NCBI GenBank assembly: GCA_012295275.1
Contig: CM022672.1
Coordinates: forward strand, 19,096,001-19,160,000
Direction of reading: 5' to 3'
From: Chrysomallon squamiferum
Lineage: Eukaryota; Animalia; Mollusca
DNA: 64,000 nucleotides
In this document: in pieces, positions 47,561 through 60,599 of the stretch
Numbering within the stretch: the stretch's first letter is position 1
How the letters are laid out: every line of letters starts with the position of its first letter
Made by a program: the position numbers and the translations under genes
The notes under the pieces: model-generated
Told to the model about the DNA's origin: nothing
Seen by the model: the letters and a program-made list of their open reading frames with translations, nothing else
The model's database searches: none

Positions 47561-48401
47561 AAACACAACTTACAATGGTGTGTGTTTTAGTTATATTTGC
47601 TCCTATTTTATTTATTCTATAATGATTTTAAATTATTATACACATAAATAAACAACTATTCTTTCATCTAGCTATTACAATTAATTATAATTTTATATTA
47701 TTTTTCTATTTCCATAATTTTATTTTAATGCATATATTAAACTGAATTGATCGCTTTTGTTATTCTGTCCTTTTGTATACTGACAAATAAATTATTTACC
47801 TGTATCGAAACGAAATATAAATACAAATACGTTTTTAATTACATGTACATCTGCATGGAAACGTGATATATCAAATTTCTCAATGCTTTTTTTTTTTTTT
47901 TTTTTTTTTTTGCTGTCATTTTACAAGGAATTTCAACAGTAATGTAAAAAAAATAATAATAATAAATTTAAAAAAAACATATATATATATACTAGTATAT
48001 AATATTATCTGAATGTTTAATGGCTGTAAATATTCTGTTACGCAGATAATCTCAAATTGATATGTAATTTATAGATATTTGCTTATATTTTTTGTTCTGT
48101 TTACAACGAAACTCCATGAGTTTTTCATCATTTTTTTAAATTTAAACAATTCAACCATTATTTTATTATAATTAATAACTATTTATCGTTACTGTTTTCG
48201 ATGGTATTATGAGCGCGCGCGCGCGCGCGTGTGTGTTTACACATAGCGGGTTATATTGTTTTACTCATTCAGGCAGTAATAATAATAATAATAAATAGTT
48301 AGTGTTATCTGACGTAAATGTTTTGTTTTTTGTTTTCTATTTTTGTCGTTTTTGTTTTGTTCTCGTTCTTGTTTTATATATATATATAAAATACGCATGC
48401 A

Positions 48402-48452
<51 letters not shown>

Positions 48453-48946
48453 TAATTTCGGGGTTTATTTTATTTTTTAATAACCATTGTGAGACAGATT
48501 TATAAGACTAACATATTCATCTGTAAGCGGCTGATAAACCACACAATTCACGAAATGAAATGAATTTATTAGAATGAAGAAAAAAATCTCTAAATATTAA
48601 TAACATGATATATTTTAAAAGAAAATCAGTAAATTAAATAATTGAAATTTATGACGATCATTAGTTGTATCATCATCATCATCATCATCATTATCATCAC
48701 CATCATCATTATCATCACCACCATTATCATCATCGTCATCATTATTGTTATTCCTTTCACTTTAAACTGAAAGTTAATGGTATCCTAATGTTATTCTGTT
48801 TATTACTACCGTTTGAGATATCATACCGTTTGTTAATAACATAGAGACAGAGTTTGGTATCTATCTTTAATCTTTTCTTTTTTAAATTTCTTACTTTCTC
48901 TTTCTTTCTCATTCTTTTTCTTTTTTTTATATATTTATTATTATTT

Positions 48947-49001
<55 letters not shown>

Positions 49002-49115
49002 TAAATTATTTATTTAGTTAGTTAGTTTTTATACATTTTTTTCTTGTAATTTTTATTTGTTTTATTCTTTCTCTTTTTTTTTCGTTTTTTTTTCTTTTTC
49101 GTTTTCCTTCCGATT

Positions 49116-49146
<31 letters not shown>

Positions 49147-49791
49147 CTCTCTCTCTCTGGTATTTAAAGTTCTGTCTTGTCAAGAAAAAATGTTCAGAAA
49201 CAAATATTAAAAAATACAGAATAGCGTTTCTTTAAATGGCATTTATAAAATACTTTTTGTAATTCAAGAACCATATGCATTTTGTTTGTTAATTACACAA
49301 TTTTACTCTGAAAAGATTAACATAAATTGTTAATTTATATTATTTTTTTAAGTGCTATAGTTTATTTTCTTGATTGCTTATCCATTTCAAATGGGGTTTT
49401 ATTTTATTTTTATTTTATTTTATTTTATTTTATTTATTCATTCATTCATTCAATCATTCATTTATTCATTCATTCATTTTTCTATCTATCTATCTAGTTA
49501 GCTTATTATATATATATTTTTTTTTATCCTGACATAATAATTTATTTATTTATTTATTTATTTATTTTTTATATTGTTTGTTTTTATTATTTTATTTTAT
49601 TTTATTTTATTTTATTTTATTTATTTTATTTTATTTTATTTTATTTTATTTTATTTTATTTTATTTTATTTTATTTCATTTCATTTCATTGTTTTATGAC
49701 AAACCAAGAATAAATAGTCCAAATAATCTACTACACTACATTTGAAATGTTCTATTGATTTTAGAAAAACAAAAGCATTAAAATATCTCTC

Positions 49792-49897
<106 letters not shown>

Positions 49898-50344
49898 AGA
49901 TTATATCTAATACTGATAAAACTGTGAAAAACCTGCTTTCTTTACCCCATAGGTTATTCTCAATCTATTAACACCTAGACATCTTTTGTGTGTGTCTTTC
50001 GATGAACGGAAAAGGCCATTTACACAGTGTTTTGGGTAAGCGCATCGTGGGTAACTGGATGGAACAGAAAACAGATAAATAATAATGGATTGCAAAAACA
50101 GTCCATCGCTCCGAGATGCAAATACAAACCTAACACACATGCGCACACACATGTATTTTTTACATGCACAAACTTATCTATTAATACGAGATATGCCAGT
50201 GCTCGTGTTTTTAACTAGTTTATTTGGATCTGATGCAATTACAGTCATGCTATAAGAAAATAATAAATCTAAATTGCTTGTCTCCCTTTTTTTTTTATTC
50301 ATTTTTTTTTTTTTTTTTTTTTTTATTGAAAATATTTGTTCAAG

Positions 50345-50360
50345 CAGCGCCACCTGGCGA
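50345..50360 (-). promoter_or_regulatory. CTCF-like motif
   Basis: Minus strand TCGCCAGGTGGCGCTG closely matches the CTCF core (CCACCAGGTGGCGC type); an isolated GC-rich word in AT-rich DNA. Confidence 0.5.
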
Positions 50361-51003
50361 ATGAAATAAATTATTCATTCAAAGAAGAAATTAATTTGAT
50401 CGTATCTTTAAAAAGACTGTAATAAAAATATTGACAAAAAAAAAAAAATAAAATGAGACAAAATTAGTCGGAAAAAAAAAAAAAAAAAAAAAAAAGAGCG
50501 AGAAAGATTTTTCTCAAAGATGAAAAAAGTAATAATAATAACAACACGTTTTAAAAGATGTTTTCAATTTTCCTATCTACCTCACACCAGTGGTGCTGGC
50601 TTACAGGAGCGAACGATAAGAATAAAAGAACGTTTCACCGAAGCAGTTAGTCCAAATTGAACATCCGACTTTACACTATTCACTCTTCTGTTTGCGATAA
50701 CAATCGCCAAATTTCCACCGAAAGCTGCCTTTAAAGTTTTCTTTTTATTGAGTATTTACCGGCCGGCCGAGTTACATGAAAACTCGAACGTATCTGCGAT
50801 ACCATCTCGACAAATAAAAGACGCTAGCGATATCGTTTTTATCGCGCCGGTTATCTGATATAGTTGGTCTTTACAGGTTTTTTGCACCCCTCTTCTCTAA
50901 GTCCAACAACTGCGACTTTTCATATACATAATTATTTCTTAATATTATGTTAATGTACTCAATAAAGTTCGTATAGCCAGTAAAAGCCATATATCATTTA
51001 ATA

Positions 51004-51058
<55 letters not shown>

Positions 51059-51108
51059 TTCGCTTCCTTTTCACATTTTTTTCTTATCCTTGAAAATAAA
51101 ATAAAATG

Positions 51109-51140
<32 letters not shown>

Positions 51141-53545
51141 CCCCCTATTATTATTAAATTATTATTATATTAAATTTTGTTGTTTTTTTAATTTATCTTG
51201 CAGTCACTTTTTTAAATATAATGATCACTCCCGATTTATTTATTTATTTATATAATTACGAATTTAATTTGTGTCTTTATATTTTATTAAAATTATCTTT
51301 TGTTGTTGCAGTTGTCATTTTGTTTGTTTATTTTTGGGGAGGGGCGGTTGTAAGTGTTTGTTGCGGGATTTTTTCTTTTTTTTTTTTTTTTTTTTCTTTT
51401 GCTTGTTTGTTTGTTAAAGTTTTTAAAATAATCCATATAGTTCTCCTTAAGCTATTTAATATACTGCTGCTCATAATAAAATCTTTTTATTTTTACTAAT
51501 TTATTTATTTATGCTTTAGTTGTTTATTATTATTATTATTATTATTACTAGTACTACTACTACTGCTTTTCCCCGTGTTTATTTGTTACTTTATTCATGT
51601 TCCATCTTGCATCAATTTAAATAAAAATTAACGGAGGGGGGGGGAGGAAAGCCGTAAAACTCGCTGCAGTCCCTTATGAAATTATTCAATTTAAAAAATA
51701 TCTTTTATCTCTCTTTTTTCTCTTCTTTTTTTTTTTTTCCCCTTCTTTTCCTTTCATCAGCAGGATCCGCCCTTATGAAACCCCGCCATCTCGAAAAATT
51801 ATACCTGGCTACATCCAAAGGAATTAAGCTCATTTAGTTTTCGCATAATGAAGATTGCCGAGATATAATTACCGAACCTTACAAAGGGAGCAATCATTGC
51901 TAACAGCAGGAATCAGTTTTGGGTTCATCGTAAAATGCTGCTTTTGTCAAGTCTGGCTTGCATCAACGGTGTGCCACTGCTGTTCCCTATGGAGAAGTCA
52001 TTTCGGAATAAAGCACGAATTATTCTTACGTCCCGTGTAAAAACTGGGCTTCATTACGTTATCAAGATAGAATGGCGATAGGTGTTGGATGCGCTTAAAA
52101 CGCGGATAGGCCAACGAGTATTTAATTAGAGTCCGACGCTCAACTGCTGGTCATTATCTGGCTAATTGTGCACTAACAAGTCGTAAATTTGCTGCGACTA
52201 AGAGTCAGATGAAAGAAGTGGGTAGTTAAGATAATGTCAGTAGAAATAATCACTGTTTCCCCGGGAGCACCACAGTGGCCGAAGTTCCCAACGCCGTATT
52301 GTTGCTGCTAGTGAATGCTTTGATGGATAGACTCCAGCTCTGCCTATGACACAAGACCCTGTCCTGCCTTCAGCAATAAAATTATCATTAGTGTGTGCGC
52401 GATATGTCAGTGTTTGGACACAAACGTCTATTTATTTATTTATATATTTATTTATTTATTTATATATATTTTTTTTTATTTATTACTTTAAATCTTACTA
52501 GCGTATATTTATTTACTTTTTGTTTATTTTGTTTGGCTATTTATTTAGTTTGTTTTGTTGGTTGCGTTTTTTTCGTTTGCTTGTTTGTTTTTTCTTCTTG
52601 TTGTTGTTTGTGTGTTTGTTTGCATATATGTATTTGTTTAGCTGTTTATTTATTTATGTCATCGCAAAATTTAAACATTGTGAAATTAAATAACAAAAAA
52701 AAAAAAAATGGAAGTAGAAAAAATTAAAAATATATTTTGTCAGTTATGTAATAAACAGCAGGGAAATAAAATAATAATTATATGGTATGTTTCAGCCAAG
52801 AACTATTTTTAGATCATCAAAATAATATTTATAAATAATTGTTTATATAAAATTCATCCTTGTAACTAAATATGCTGTTGTAAACATATGGTATTTTCCT
52901 TCATGATTTCAACATGTATGTATGTATGTATGCATATGTGTGTGTGTGTGTGTGTATGTGTGCGTATATATATGTATGTATGTATGTGTATTTCTTTTCT
53001 GTGTATGGGTATTTTAAAGTGATAATATAAATCTAAATCATTGCTTACAGTAAAGAGCTACGTTAACAGAGCTATGGTTTCTCTACGTATTGTTTGTTAC
53101 GTGTCAACACATTTTTTTCAAGTCACAGTTTGAATTATTGACAGAGATGATTCGTACGTGATAACGTGTTACAAGATGCTCCCACCGACACGTACACCCT
53201 TGTATCCGACTCACCGCCTCTGGTCACGTGGAGGAGGGGGTAGAAGTATCCCTGTCCGTGAAAGAAACACACCCTTTAGTTTTCCCGTCAGTTAAAACGA
53301 CAGCGGAGATGACTTGCGTGATAACGGACGTTGATACGGAGCGATGGACGAACAGATTACGGCTTGGGACATTATCGCGAAAACAAATCTCTGGTGACTT
53401 TGATATATCGCGAGTGGACATAACGAATGCGAAGTTTAACACCAGTATATTACTTGGGATCAGTTTTCTAATTGCAACACTAAAATGTTGTTTAGGATAT
53501 TTTATTTGCATTTATGGGTCAAGAGAGGGGGTTGTTGGGGGGGAG

Positions 53546-53619
<74 letters not shown>

Positions 53620-55847
53620 AACATATAATAAACTGATATTTAGAATGTATTGGCTGGATTACATCAGATTTGTTTGTTCGTTTGTTATGTTTGTTATGTT
53701 TGTTTGTTTGTTGTTGTTTTTGTTGTTTTTGGAAGGTTTAATTTATTTAACACTGATAATGAAAAAAAACAAAACAATAATTATATTGATTAGCTCAAGG
53801 CATAATGTAACGAATACAATATAAAATTAAACAATCATTTTATAATTTTAAAAAAAAGTTAAAACATTTAATAAGCGTTTCGTTTTTTTGTATCCTGAAG
53901 TTCATTCTTTTTCTCTTTCTTTCTCTTGTGTGTGTTATATTAGCAAGTATCTGTAAACATTACATAAACACACACACATTTACACACATACATACACATA
54001 TTCATACATGCATCGTTAAACATATTCACACACGCTTACGTACTTATATAAACATAAACACATGCGCACATTTTTACATACATACACACAGATGCACACG
54101 CACAAACATAAGCATATAAAGAAATAAACGTTTTCTAACATCTAATTTTTAATATTCTTTTATACAGTGACTTTTCCAGTTACAAATATCAGTTATTTTG
54201 TTTAATCAGTTTAAATCTGCTCTTTTTAAAACAAAATTGGTTTTCTATTAATTTTTTTATCTTTTGTCTTTATTTTTATGCAACATACGTTTTTCTTTTT
54301 TCTTTTTTACTATCACTTTTTTTACTTTGTGCGTTTGTTTTGTTGTTATTGTTTTTTTTTATTGTTTTTTCGTTGTTGTTTTTCTTTTTAAAAAAAAAAA
54401 AAAATAAAAAATGTTTTAGTTAATAATTTATTTTGATTTATTTATATCTGCATTATTAAAATGACATTTACTATCACTTTTATTATTATTATTATTTATT
54501 TATGCTCTTCTCAAATGTCCTTTCACGTAATGTTTTTAATTTTATTTTTATTTAACTTTACAGTATACCTTCTAAATTTAAATACCTTTTTTTTTTTTTT
54601 TTTTTTTTTTCAACAACACTGTACACCAGTAATCTGTTCTTGAAAATAGATAAATGATTAACTTTAGGCCAGGAATCAGCCGGTACAAAACGTTGCTTAC
54701 ACTCACAGTCGATTCCTGAATGGAGAAAAACCAACATTTGACGTCTTGGGCACTTGTAGCAATAAAGCGACAAGTTAATACATCGCGAATGAATTTTATA
54801 GTTTTCATTTATTGCCACGAGCTCCAGTCTAGCAAACAACAGTGTATCAGTGTACTGCTTCAGCACGATACATTCACGTTCACAAAGGCACAAAGCAAGT
54901 GTACCAAACGAATTGACAAAAAAAAAAAAAAAAAAAAAAAGAAAGAAGAAGAAGAAGAAAAAAAAAAAGGGATTTAGATTTATAATAGACGAAGGAAATA
55001 TTTATCGACAATAATAAGTTGATTAATCTGTGACGCAGAGTCAGACTGACAGACAAACAGGCAACATGCAGACATCGAGAGCAGACACCAGACTGATATA
55101 AATTTGCCAGCAAAAACGAGGTTTAAAAGAAGAAAAAAAAAAAAAAAAAAAAAAAACGAAATAAAAAGCTGGGTGAAAGGATTTTTTTTTTTAAGAAATA
55201 TTTTTATAAAAACCAAAAATGGAAAAATTAAAAAGAAGCAGACGGAGAAATAATGAAAAGAAAAAAAAAAAATAATTAAAATCAATTTTTTTTAAATAAT
55301 AAAAATTATTTTAAAAACAAAATGGAAAAAATTAAAAAGAAGAAATAGACGAAGAAATAATGAAAAGATTAAAGTAATGATTAAAATAAATAAATAAATA
55401 AATGTAAATAAAATAAAATGCTGATAGAGTCCTCATAAAAAATTAACGGAGATAATTTAAAACGAAACGAATTCAGAGCATTTCACTGCTAAACTGAACG
55501 AACGAAAAAAAAAAAAACAAAAATGAAAGAAACAAACAAACAAAACAAGCATATCTAATAATAATAAAAATAATAATAAATCTGGTTGTTTTTTTCAGAA
55601 TAATAAAATGTCTCTTATACAAAGATAATTGTATATTCGATATTTTTTTGTTATCGTCTGATTTAATTTTCACTTTTAATTTTCATTCTAACTTCTATTT
55701 TCTATTTTCTTTTCTTTATTTCTTTCTTTCTTTCTTTCTTTATTTATTTTAAACTAATTTTACTTTCAGTAATTTTTTTCATTATTTTTTAATATTAAAT
55801 TTTTATTTAAACCTTTTTAAAATGTATTATTATTGTTTTGTGGTATT

Positions 55848-55883
<36 letters not shown>

Positions 55884-56175
55884 CTAAATATCTTCATTAA
55901 AACAAAGTAAGGAAAGCATTATATAAAACAATTTCTTTTTACGCCATCGGCAAAAATGAATTTATTTATTTTATTTATTTATATTCTTCCATATAAATTA
56001 TAATTAGTCAGAAGATGTTTTTTAATTATTTTTATTTTTATTATGGTATGGAAAAATATTAATTATTTCATGCTTTATATTTTCAGTTTTATTACCTTGG
56101 TATTTTAAATTCATTTTCTTAAAGTCGTTTCTTCTTCTTCTTCTTCATCTTCTTCTTCTTCTTCTTCTTCTTCTT

Positions 56176-56206
<31 letters not shown>

Positions 56207-57054
56207 TTCTTATTATTATTATTATTATATTTTTCTTTCTTTATTTCTTTATTATTCATGTATTTTCTTTTATTCACTATTTTTATCTATTAACTTATAT
56301 ACTATAATTTAATTCTCGTTTTCACTTATTCATTATAGTATTGGTTTAATTTATCTAATTTTTCATCTGATACATTTGCTAATTATTCCACTTATTCATT
56401 ATTCAGTATTTCTGCCATTTATTTCTTTCAATAAATGTTTTATTTAATATTCTTTTTATTCATTCTCTTCTACTCATTCATTATTGAGTTATTTATTCAC
56501 ACATTATTTGTCCCTCTATTCACATTTTATACTTGTTTTATTCACACATATTTCCTTTTTGTTCGAGCATTACACATCCATTGTATCGTGCATTATTCAA
56601 CCGTTTATTCACGCATTATTCATCATTTTATTCATAATGCATTATACATCCGGTTTTTTTTCCCCCACATCATTATTCCTACGTTTATTAACGCATTATA
56701 CACATCTGCTTATTTACATTATTCACCCGTCGTACATTATCAGTTCCCTTGCATTATCAATTCAACCAGTGTCACGTGACTTCCGCAGTTTTAAAAGAAA
56801 CCCGATCGACGTCTGCAGGCAGTTTTAGTCCGACTCCATTTATCTTGATGCGAACTTAAAATATTCAAGATGGCTACATATGGAGGTTTTCACTTCGACA
56901 TTTCTGTTCTGCATTTTATCTTTACGTGTCCATTACGTCAGAGCGCGCGGTTAGGACGAAGATTTTATGATGCGAGTATGACCGGAGTCGTTGTACACCG
57001 GCCAAAACACACGCTGAGTTTCCTGCAATGTATGAAGTTTATCAACAGTCACTA

Positions 57055-57085
<31 letters not shown>

Positions 57086-57149
57086 ATAAACGTTTCGAAT
57101 AAGAATTTTCTCCTTTTTTTAAGCAAATGATGATGTAATAGTATTTAAG

Positions 57150-57214
<65 letters not shown>

Positions 57215-58195
57215 TAGTACTGCAAAGGAAAGAAAGAAAGAAAAGAAATCATTTGAAAACAAATAGAAAACTAAAAAAAAAAAAAAAAAATGTATGAAAC
57301 AATTACAAGAAAAAAGAAAAAATAATAAATTTCTAGTGCCAGAAAAAAATTTTAAAAAAATTAATAAATAATTAACATGCACTATTAAATATAAAAATTA
57401 CTGAATAAATGAAATTCACAAGACGTAGGAAAAAAAAAAAAAAATGAATCAATCTTTGATACCAGAAATAAAATAAGAAATAAAATAAATAAAAAAGTAA
57501 AATATTACAAAAAAATAAAGAAATTTGTGAGAAAAAAAAAGAAAGACATAAAAGTAATATCTCGAAAAAAATAAAAATGAATTAATAAATTTAAGTAAAA
57601 TAAAAGACTGAACGAAAAGAACCATTAAAAGAAATAGAAAAAAAAAAATAAAATAGGATCAATGTAGGAACCAAAAGAAAAATGAATGAAAAAAGAAAAG
57701 AAATTAATGAAAGTTAATATCCTTTCAGAATAATTTTATCAAAATCATTTTAAGGGAAATTTACAGTTAAAGATTCTATTGTCAAGTAAATGAGAACCTA
57801 TATTTAATTTAGATGTTTATAGTAAAATAGTCTTCAATATCAAAATAAAGAAATTGTTATGCGTTACTTCAGCGTTTTATTATTATTACTATTATTGTTT
57901 TTATCAATATCATCATCATCATGTTGTTGTTATTGTTTTTATTGTTTTTAAACTCGTTATTATTATTGTTATTTTTATTTAATTTATTAATTACTAATAT
58001 AAAAATGTAGTTAATTTTAAAATACGTCTATGTTTTGAATGTATATACATGTAATTCATTGATGTATGTGTGTGTATGTATGTTTTATGTATCTATGACT
58101 ATATGTGTGTCTGTATATATGTATGATGGACGTACATATAATTATGTGCTAGAATATATATATCTATAATCTATATCTATCTATCTATCTATATA

Positions 58196-58231
<36 letters not shown>

Positions 58232-59027
58232 TGTATGTATATGTATGTATATGACTTACCCATTTTGTTTGTGACGTCATAATTGTGGGTATGTGTACGT
58301 GCGTACGTTCATTTCAATATTCGGACAGACGTCAGAAACAAAATGGTTAAGTCAATCAGCGATGTCTCTTTAAATTACAACCTTAATGGCAGTCCAACGT
58401 AAACCAGATGACGTATTCAATCGCGACCAGTTTAAAGTGACACATTCGACATGTTAATAATAACTCACGTCACAAAGATGACATCTCTCCCAGAATTCCC
58501 GGTGCGATTCTGCCCAGCTAATTGTCACTGTCGATAACGGGAGCATTGATATATTTGGGACTTTTAATGACTAATTATTCTACTAATTTTTCCCAATTAG
58601 ATCAAGTTTGTTAGTGAGCATCTTCGACAGGAATAGACAGAGATAAGACAACGCGGATGATAGCCTGAGTGTCGTCTGTGATGTAATTTTCAATTTACCA
58701 ACGTCTCCCTTTAAAAAGGGATTAATCATTGACAGCGGTTTCTGGTTTTAATTAAAGCTTTGACGATATTTTTAGTCTTAATAAATATTTTTAAGTTAAA
58801 ACTACTTTGCCTTTATTAAAGAAATAATAATAATGACACATTTTTATTTTTTATTTTTTATTTTTTATTTTATTTATTTATTTATTTATTTATTTTTAAT
58901 TAATGTAATTTACAATTATTTTCTTTCTTTCAATCAAAAAAAGAGATTATTTTGCTTTAAATAAATTCTTAAAAAATATTTATTAAAAGTAAAATGTATT
59001 CATTCAAATTATTATATTTGGTTTATA

Positions 59028-59066
<39 letters not shown>

Positions 59067-59707
59067 ATTTATTATTAATTTTAATTGATGAAAAAGCAAA
59101 TTTCTGTTGTCCTTATTTAGACCTTATAAAAAATTAACCTGTAAACCTGTAATTTAATCTTTTTGTTGTTGTTGCTAATATATATTTTATTTTATTTTAT
59201 ATTTTATTATTTTTTTTTTTATGGTTTGGTTATATTATATTTGGTTTATACCATTAACAACTGTCAAAAATAATCTTAATCCCAGACAACGCAATGTAAT
59301 ACATACACAACATTTCGTAAATCTAAATTTTCACTTCCCTGTTTAAATCTTAGTCTATTCATTATAATATTATACAGGGTTTTTTTTTTTGTTTTTGTTG
59401 GTTTTTTAAAGCTGATTTAGAAGTGAAAAAAAGAAAAAAAGTTAAATAAATAATTAAATAATAATTAAGGCGTTAGAGTCAAATGCACATGCAAATTTTA
59501 AGTCTTCAAAAGTTTTTTTCTTTTTTTGGTTACTGTTATTTTTTGTTGGTTGTGGTGGGATACTATTTGTTTTGTTTTGTTCTTTTCTGTTTTTTCTTAT
59601 TTCTTTTTTTTTTTTTTTTTTTTTTTTTTGGGGGTTTCTTCGTTTTGTTTAAAACTTTTTACTTTTTCATTTCTTTTAAAACTTTTTAATTGCTGAACTG
59701 ACAATAC

Positions 59708-59762
<55 letters not shown>

Positions 59763-60599
59763 TTATTATTTTATTATTATTATTTTTTTTTTAATAACTT
59801 GCCTACCTACTAAATCATTTAATATTTTTAAATTTATTTCTATTTTATAATTTCGAAATTAGCCTGTATATATAAATTAACTGAATTCTATAAAATAGTG
59901 CTTTTTAGGAAATACATAATTATGATTAGTGTTTAATTGTATTATTATTTGTAACTATTTATAATAAGCTTAAAATATATATAGAGGGATGGTTCCCAAT
60001 TTATGACTGGACTTCATATTTAATTTAATTTGTTTTCAATGACGTTTTCCTACAGCATAGCAATGCTATTCACCGCAAAGCATAATTATAATCATAATTT
60101 AGAAAGGAAGTATGATTTTTATTTAACTTTTCTATTATTTTTTATTATTATTATATAGTGGTCTGTCACAAATGTTCAGATCAGGGGGGCAGCTGTATAA
60201 TTATGTAAAATTAATTTGGTTTAAACCATTAATTGTAGTAAGAGGTTTTCATTAATGCAAGGGACACAACTCTGCTCCATCCATTTTTAACAAATGAACT
60301 AGTTACTGCCCTTACGCACGTTACCGAAACAAATGTAAAGATTACCGTATTATCTTAGATATCAGTTTAACAGAGTAACTGGAGATTTAAAAATTTATCC
60401 TATTTATTTTGAATTGTGCCATTATTTTCCTGGTTTCAACTATTCTTAATAATATTTTTTGTAGTTTGAGCCAGGCGTGATGGAGATGTTTCATAAGGAA
60501 AGTGCTGTAGCTTATACAGATAGAAAAATAAAAAAATAAATAAATTAAAACTGAAACTAGTAATATAAACAGACAGATAAATAAAAAAACAACAACCAC

